This document shows positions 54,101 to 57,024 of a DNA stretch of 57,024 nt, in pieces (within the stretch, counting starts at the first letter, position 1; each line of letters opens with the position of its first letter). A program made the position numbers and the translations under genes. The notes below the pieces were generated by a model that did not search any database, was not told where the DNA came from, and worked only from the letters and a program-made list of their open reading frames with translations. Source of the DNA: Seison nebaliae (taxonomy: Eukaryota); contig JALJEE010002162.1 in NCBI GenBank assembly GCA_023231475.1, positions 62,001-119,024 on the forward strand, given 5' to 3'.

Positions 54101-56101
54101 AATTAATTCATCTGTTCTCTTAATCAATTGAAGGTCTTATCTCTTTATTTCAATTCAGTTCAATTATATTCCTCCTCATAATCCTTCATAAACTATTTAA
54201 CTAACTTGTTGAGCTATGAGCCATGGTATAAGATTTCCACTTTCTCGATTACCGATATTGAAAGATTGTTCAACATCGTTGGCATTGAGATCGCCTTCAA
54301 TTCCCGCTTGAATCACCGTATAGATGTGAGGTAGACCGTTCGATTTTTCGGTTGATGGTGAGCAGAGAGCGAATAAAATTTGATTCTCATTATCTCCTAA
54401 CATCTGTAAATCATTCGGTGTATTCTAAGATGGATGATTAATAAAATGATAATGATGAAATAATATAAATTAATTAATAAGAAACTTTATAATGAGCTGA
54501 TACATAAATATTCATAAGACATTGAAGAAATCCTTCTGCCTCTTTCACATAACTAAATAAGAGATCTCGATTAATCTCATATAATTCACATTGATGTGGA
54601 GCGACTGGTATCACATCATTATCATATTTCTTCATAATTCCACTGTTGAGACAGAGAACGTTATTCAACCACTTTTCAATCGGATCGTCATCAGCGAAAC
54701 GGATGGATTTATTCAATTTGAAATGAATCAAATTCCCTTTTGTTGTTGTGTCGGTTAATTGAGTGAATAATTTCTGTGAGAGGACACGACCAGTTCCTTC
54801 ATATCCATCTGTTGTACTCGATAGAATTCGAATACATTTATTCTTCAACAATTGTTGAGTTAAAGTGATGGGAATTGCAGCTGCCTCATCAATAATTAAG
54901 AGTTCGGAAGTAGCTGAAATTTTTTCATGTTGATTTGGAGGAAGAAATTGAACAATTTGTTTCTGTTGAGGATTTCGAAAAATGTTAATTTGAGTTATCA
55001 CTTTCTTCCCATTTCCATCATCTTCCTCTTTCAAATTAGGATCAGTCAACAATTCATAATCGACATGTTCCTCCAAATTCAATTGATCGAACGATTTCAA
55101 AATGAATTCAAATAAAATTCTCACATTACTAATCGATGGTGCTGTTACATAAATATTGGAGAATCCGATTTGAATTGCAACTCCAATTAATAGACCTAAC
55201 AATGCACTTTTGCCTCTACCTCTCCCCGCCGTTAATGTAATGACATATGGATCGATATTACCTTTCAACAATCCGATGAGTTTCATTAAACATTTACCCT
55301 GATCCATCGTCTTCGATTGTTTCACGATCTTATTCAACAAATCACCGACGGAAACTTTATCGATGAAATTCTTTAATAATAATTCTTCTTCCTCTTTCTT
55401 CGATTTGGATGATAATAAAGACAATTCTTTCTTCATCTCCTTCTCATTCTTTGTAAATCGATGTTCGATAACATTCAATCGATCACTCAATACGAGAGAT
55501 GATGGACAATCTTTCAACATCGAACAAATCAATCGATATTTATATCGATTTCCACCATTCATCTTCATCGAATTCTTTAATTCGTCAACTTCATTCATCA
55601 ACAAAACTATCAATCCTCCTCCTTCGATCGTTTCAATCGTTCGTGCTAATACATTCGGTGTGAGATGGTGGAAATCCTGCAGAATTAACATTCCGAATGT
55701 TTCACCCAAAATTTTCTCCGTCTCCCCATAATAACAATATCGAATATTTGTCGATGAAATAAAAGTCTCGAAAGAAGAATTCTTATTCATCGACGTCTTC
55801 CCTAATGTTCGAATTCGATTTTCAATCTGTTTCTTCTTCTTCTGTCGATTACTTCATTTTTTTTTAAAAAAATCAATAAAATAATAAAAATAGAATTGAG
55901 TAACTTGGAAAATGCTAATTTCTCATGGAAACACCAAAGAACTGATGGACGACTTTCAATTCGCGCCTGTCCCAATAGTTGATGAAGCGTCACAATCTGA
56001 TCTTGCGCTTTATTACCAACGACAACGAATAATGTTCGATAATTCTCTTTAATTCCATTCTCAATGCTAAGACGAATTCGGTTATCTAATTTATAAAGCA
56101 T
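45195..56101 (-). CDS. NAT10: RNA cytidine acetyltransferase NAT10/Kre33, ~10 exons, ~1010 aa; intron 3 is 7430 bp
   Basis: Exons 56101-55905, 55851-54486, 54424-54206, 46775-46701, 46646-46297, 46250-46202, 46157-46067, 46009-45582, 45535-45437, ~45353-45195. Motifs LTPNVLARTIETIEGGG, AGRGRGKSALLG (Walker A), DEAAAIP, SAHYK|NTPNDLQM, IAQQ|FQDTKFAELSGIRIIRIATNPKYQK|MGYGS (GNAT), LTGEHTCIML, DFRRRFFSLLSY. Confidence 0.95.
47312..53281 (-). CDS. Intronless ~1989-aa acidic/low-complexity protein with C-terminal transmembrane anchor, nested in NAT10 intron 3 on the same strand
   Basis: 6-kb open frame; first ATG 53281, in-frame stop at 53333-53335. Ends ...DPFPIILAAIFFLFLAYIISNLS*. Repeat style matches the other long exons in the window. 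Confidence 0.8.
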   Translation of the reverse strand: MNDIVEILETDVTSQQLNEAENKRKSDGISEDNVNSLLRKVDDDDDSVAAAALDNDDNDDVAVNGQTSLSFKFTPKRTALNINIDESGESSQSSASFLSSISHRNQVKLFVNQTVPELPNNLRSAPSRPPLPRSYSQIFIPRNNRKRIHIIDIETNSLKPSLVDRRTDICQLAHCEGEQIFSSSSSSIKRINNELIRSKDKCLTESFEASQTFAANRCREERRIIRQQTTQQYSPRIRIIRPKSIRTFRSLSSQEKKKEEKKEEEEEEKIVVREGSELSDESLNSDPSLTMKKNIIKIDLEEEKEKNFVEETNLIYEKERREVEEEKEETNKFVSNLLNGHSSDYDNGENEGRDDVVKKLISNLTMIEEEKSEEINTLAIEKKDEGDDNNDCCLDSKEIEHIKNRLHTLNSKKLLSQAIRDVYPSESNEYSHSSNRVSGSDIQFSCLVMENLDTHHSTDVETEDDEMKRIDNMEEEASKEISQLISNILPHISQVVEDNQHSNHIHSNYEQLHHFHEQQQQQQREKQIDEKMDTFLNEKYVINEHEQEQIETTWKYEEEINDYQQQKHQQNEMKKKKNIVNLTLDDETEDFQIISSMKVKDADCYNNYQSHDDDDDDDDDSDGGKERVIGIEEGNLNEFGRELEKVDETNVVENSEKVVKTELKGLMDVFDDYRPVIFSYISDMQNDIIVQGENMNSDKNYEEINDSEILEEEFHMKEEEEEMFEEKSEEFINEEMMKNELLSNSAVNDHYPFHNTTNRITTITTTNNTTTNGNNKKMIDNVERLEEKEDDIQMIINNSHISNNSQQQQQKLSENIGSEKEEEEEEKCLEESNEKRRHHHRQMEHKRFAHQRKKKRGREEKETKEQTPIRMLTNENMEMVDASVILHSNDNEAMNNMTNFIGNCEEWKESTEKENDIHITSGLDIANLDDIGQLKKPVDLEMTKNEINQVLNEQIIELKRTTEIVGDDHLRKKKNNRTQMIDHHHLSVPPTLVYGHLSDEENKRKNRKKCLSDNQSIQSHDKMSVRSSLTAYKSSLLMEDYGSDQLGMKMNFCESQELFTNIPEQESKKEKNKKLANSETSSNNRINEWLENSFQYQSSYPQKNDIKRFGDVDRLRVNPNQNLTNSLMNRTNIATKSMISQNYADEKKEKYQDSFDHIKSHHLLVTSTFSKLSGSNIDEIECDEKKKKKQKDLTNLLNISSKSSTALFLTDDQYEQIEWMKELQQQQQQQQQHHNMDTPSSLLKGKKTKRFQFRKRKRAQSTQSGEHNKRMEFETQSECCYKDETDSEKLLFDENLLNIMEDVNGKRHRSLSIGGIKRFISTKKKQLKQRLKSTSSIGTNSSLLGETTSKKDLLLKHHETNVEYEKLKLDTSLQMKKPERLRDRLKNLNDQEQSHQSAFEDKSELIDGISDVSTASNGIEEKGKLTHSGKRDHHRHKHKHHHHHHHHHQQQQQQQEQQQQQQQEQHQELKKKELNETTNKKQQLNLDVNQKIGCIKFQPTIDSFTPVTTTQMNAADLSSTFNLSTSKYSTSVIRQRFGTREQEEKKKSPNIPSKQINKLLSTTSPNSSMMVEKDVDDKSSKNELDLTQLSSPLNEVEKNFEVERSTDHPSTEIINENILPFNSFTSPSSHISTTTTTTTTITSNILQSPQSLSPTTTTTTTTKTITGISLENNEIPLIQVENQIDKQKDNHKIIRSIIDQPVLTISSMTSSSTNISTVGITTTPNIKIRSVTPNYSTPRSLSQDRHIRQYESTHIVERRERRPIISWTEDSSSKLWRPSGSRLMNDLTQSPHHLNSYDDHLSITCHDSHLSPSQTSTQTFGRKCENECFEHCSSQCTEIRQVRITELPVDPQSIQPLTFQFDDSFIQKERSSSPSTTSIPKIMRSTANVMKNDKVLSHQLHSSPNDINYDTTINNNNNNNSQLTSSYDFVRTSSPSTIPPTWKGNLKSEEKKEKKSTNRSMETLLNDPFPIILAAIFFLFLAYIISNLS

Positions 56102-56810
56102 TCTCTCAAATAAACGTGATAATTATTTTATTCAACTTAAAACTTGAAATTCAAATGTTTTTTTATTCTCTTTTTTTTACTCATTCTAAAATGAGAACAT
56201 TTTTGAGACAACTTTTCAATTTATATGAACCTTTATCATCATAGATGATATGAACCATATAAATCCTGTAATTTTTTTTAGAGAATTTACAAAATGTTTT
56301 TTTTATAAGAAATATTTAACGTATCAGGTTGAATTTAATATAATTAGATTTATATTAAATACTTTTGTATTTCGAAAATCAATTTCAATCCTTTTTAAAG
56401 TTTTTTAAATTTTTCAGAAATTGAATTTCAGTTTTCTTCTAATTTTTCAGTTTTAAATATTTCAAAAAATCAATTTTTCGAAAAATATTAAATGAATGTG
56501 TAAATACATCCGCCTAATATTTCTTCAATTTCCCTAAACATTTTTTTGACTCATACGATATCGTTTTGAAGTTAGTTAAAAAAAATTAACTCAAATGATC
56601 AACTTTGAAAATTGGGAAAAAATCATTCAAACACAATTTACTTATCCTCTAAATAATTATATTTATCTAATAAAATTGTAAAATAACTGTTTTGCACATT
56701 TAGCCGTTAAATTAGCAAGTATGTCATTGTTATTCTAATCTTCTATTAACTCTAAAAATAATATTTTTTATCTTATTTTATATTATTATTATTCTACATA
56801 TAAAAGAATC

Positions 56811-57024
56811 CAGGAGCGGTATTCACCTTATGGGGAATTCACCCTGTTTCTCATTTTCGGAGAGGAATTCACTCAAATATCGGAGCGGAATTCACTCGAC
56901 TGTTCCCCTTGTAAAATATTTTTCGGAGCGGAATTCACCCAAAAAGATGCTTTTGGAGAGGAATTCACCCAAAAGTAGTTTTTCGGAGAGGAATTCACCC
57001 AAATTTGAGGATTTCGGAGAGGAA
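56811..57024 (+). repeat. Minisatellite array, ~30-bp period, core ttcggagMggaattcaccc; runs off the window end
   Basis: Cores at 56921-56940, 56951-56970, 56981-57000 and 57012 onward; degenerate copies at 56811-56897. Confidence 0.9.

Noticed and set aside
45195..56101. Two separate NAT10 pseudogene fragments
   Set aside because: The halves are non-overlapping, collinear, joined in phase 0 by GT-AG, and sum to a full-length ~1010-aa protein.
1293..56101. Non-standard genetic code or stop-codon readthrough
   Set aside because: Multi-kb ORFs are open under the standard code, and the breaks in conserved genes are explained by GT-AG introns.
56811..57024. CRISPR array
   Set aside because: Spacers are only ~7-10 nt, the context is eukaryotic, and no cas genes are present.

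Overview
AT-rich, gene-dense eukaryotic (animal-like) genomic DNA with very short introns (mostly 41-60 bp) and long low-complexity exons. I cannot identify the species. Genes, left to right: a dispersed C2H2 zinc-finger protein; a type II membrane protein; a frameshifted LINE ORF1 remnant; a large multi-exon protein with FN3-like segments; CAF-1 p150 (CHAF1A); a ~3,180-aa KDM5-like protein; MMTAG2; TMEM230; a small orphan; CZIB; and NAT10. Most notable: (1) NAT10 is split by a 7.4-kb intron holding an intronless ~1,990-aa tail-anchored ORF on the SAME strand; (2) the KDM5-like JmjC domain appears to have lost all three Fe(II) ligands; (3) hand-reconstructed introns almost all use GTT donors, often after exonic AA, rather than AG|GTRAG; (4) several structured intergenic segments, including a ~180-nt ncRNA candidate at 42.2-42.4 kb. 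Family calls come from remembered motifs, not database searches.
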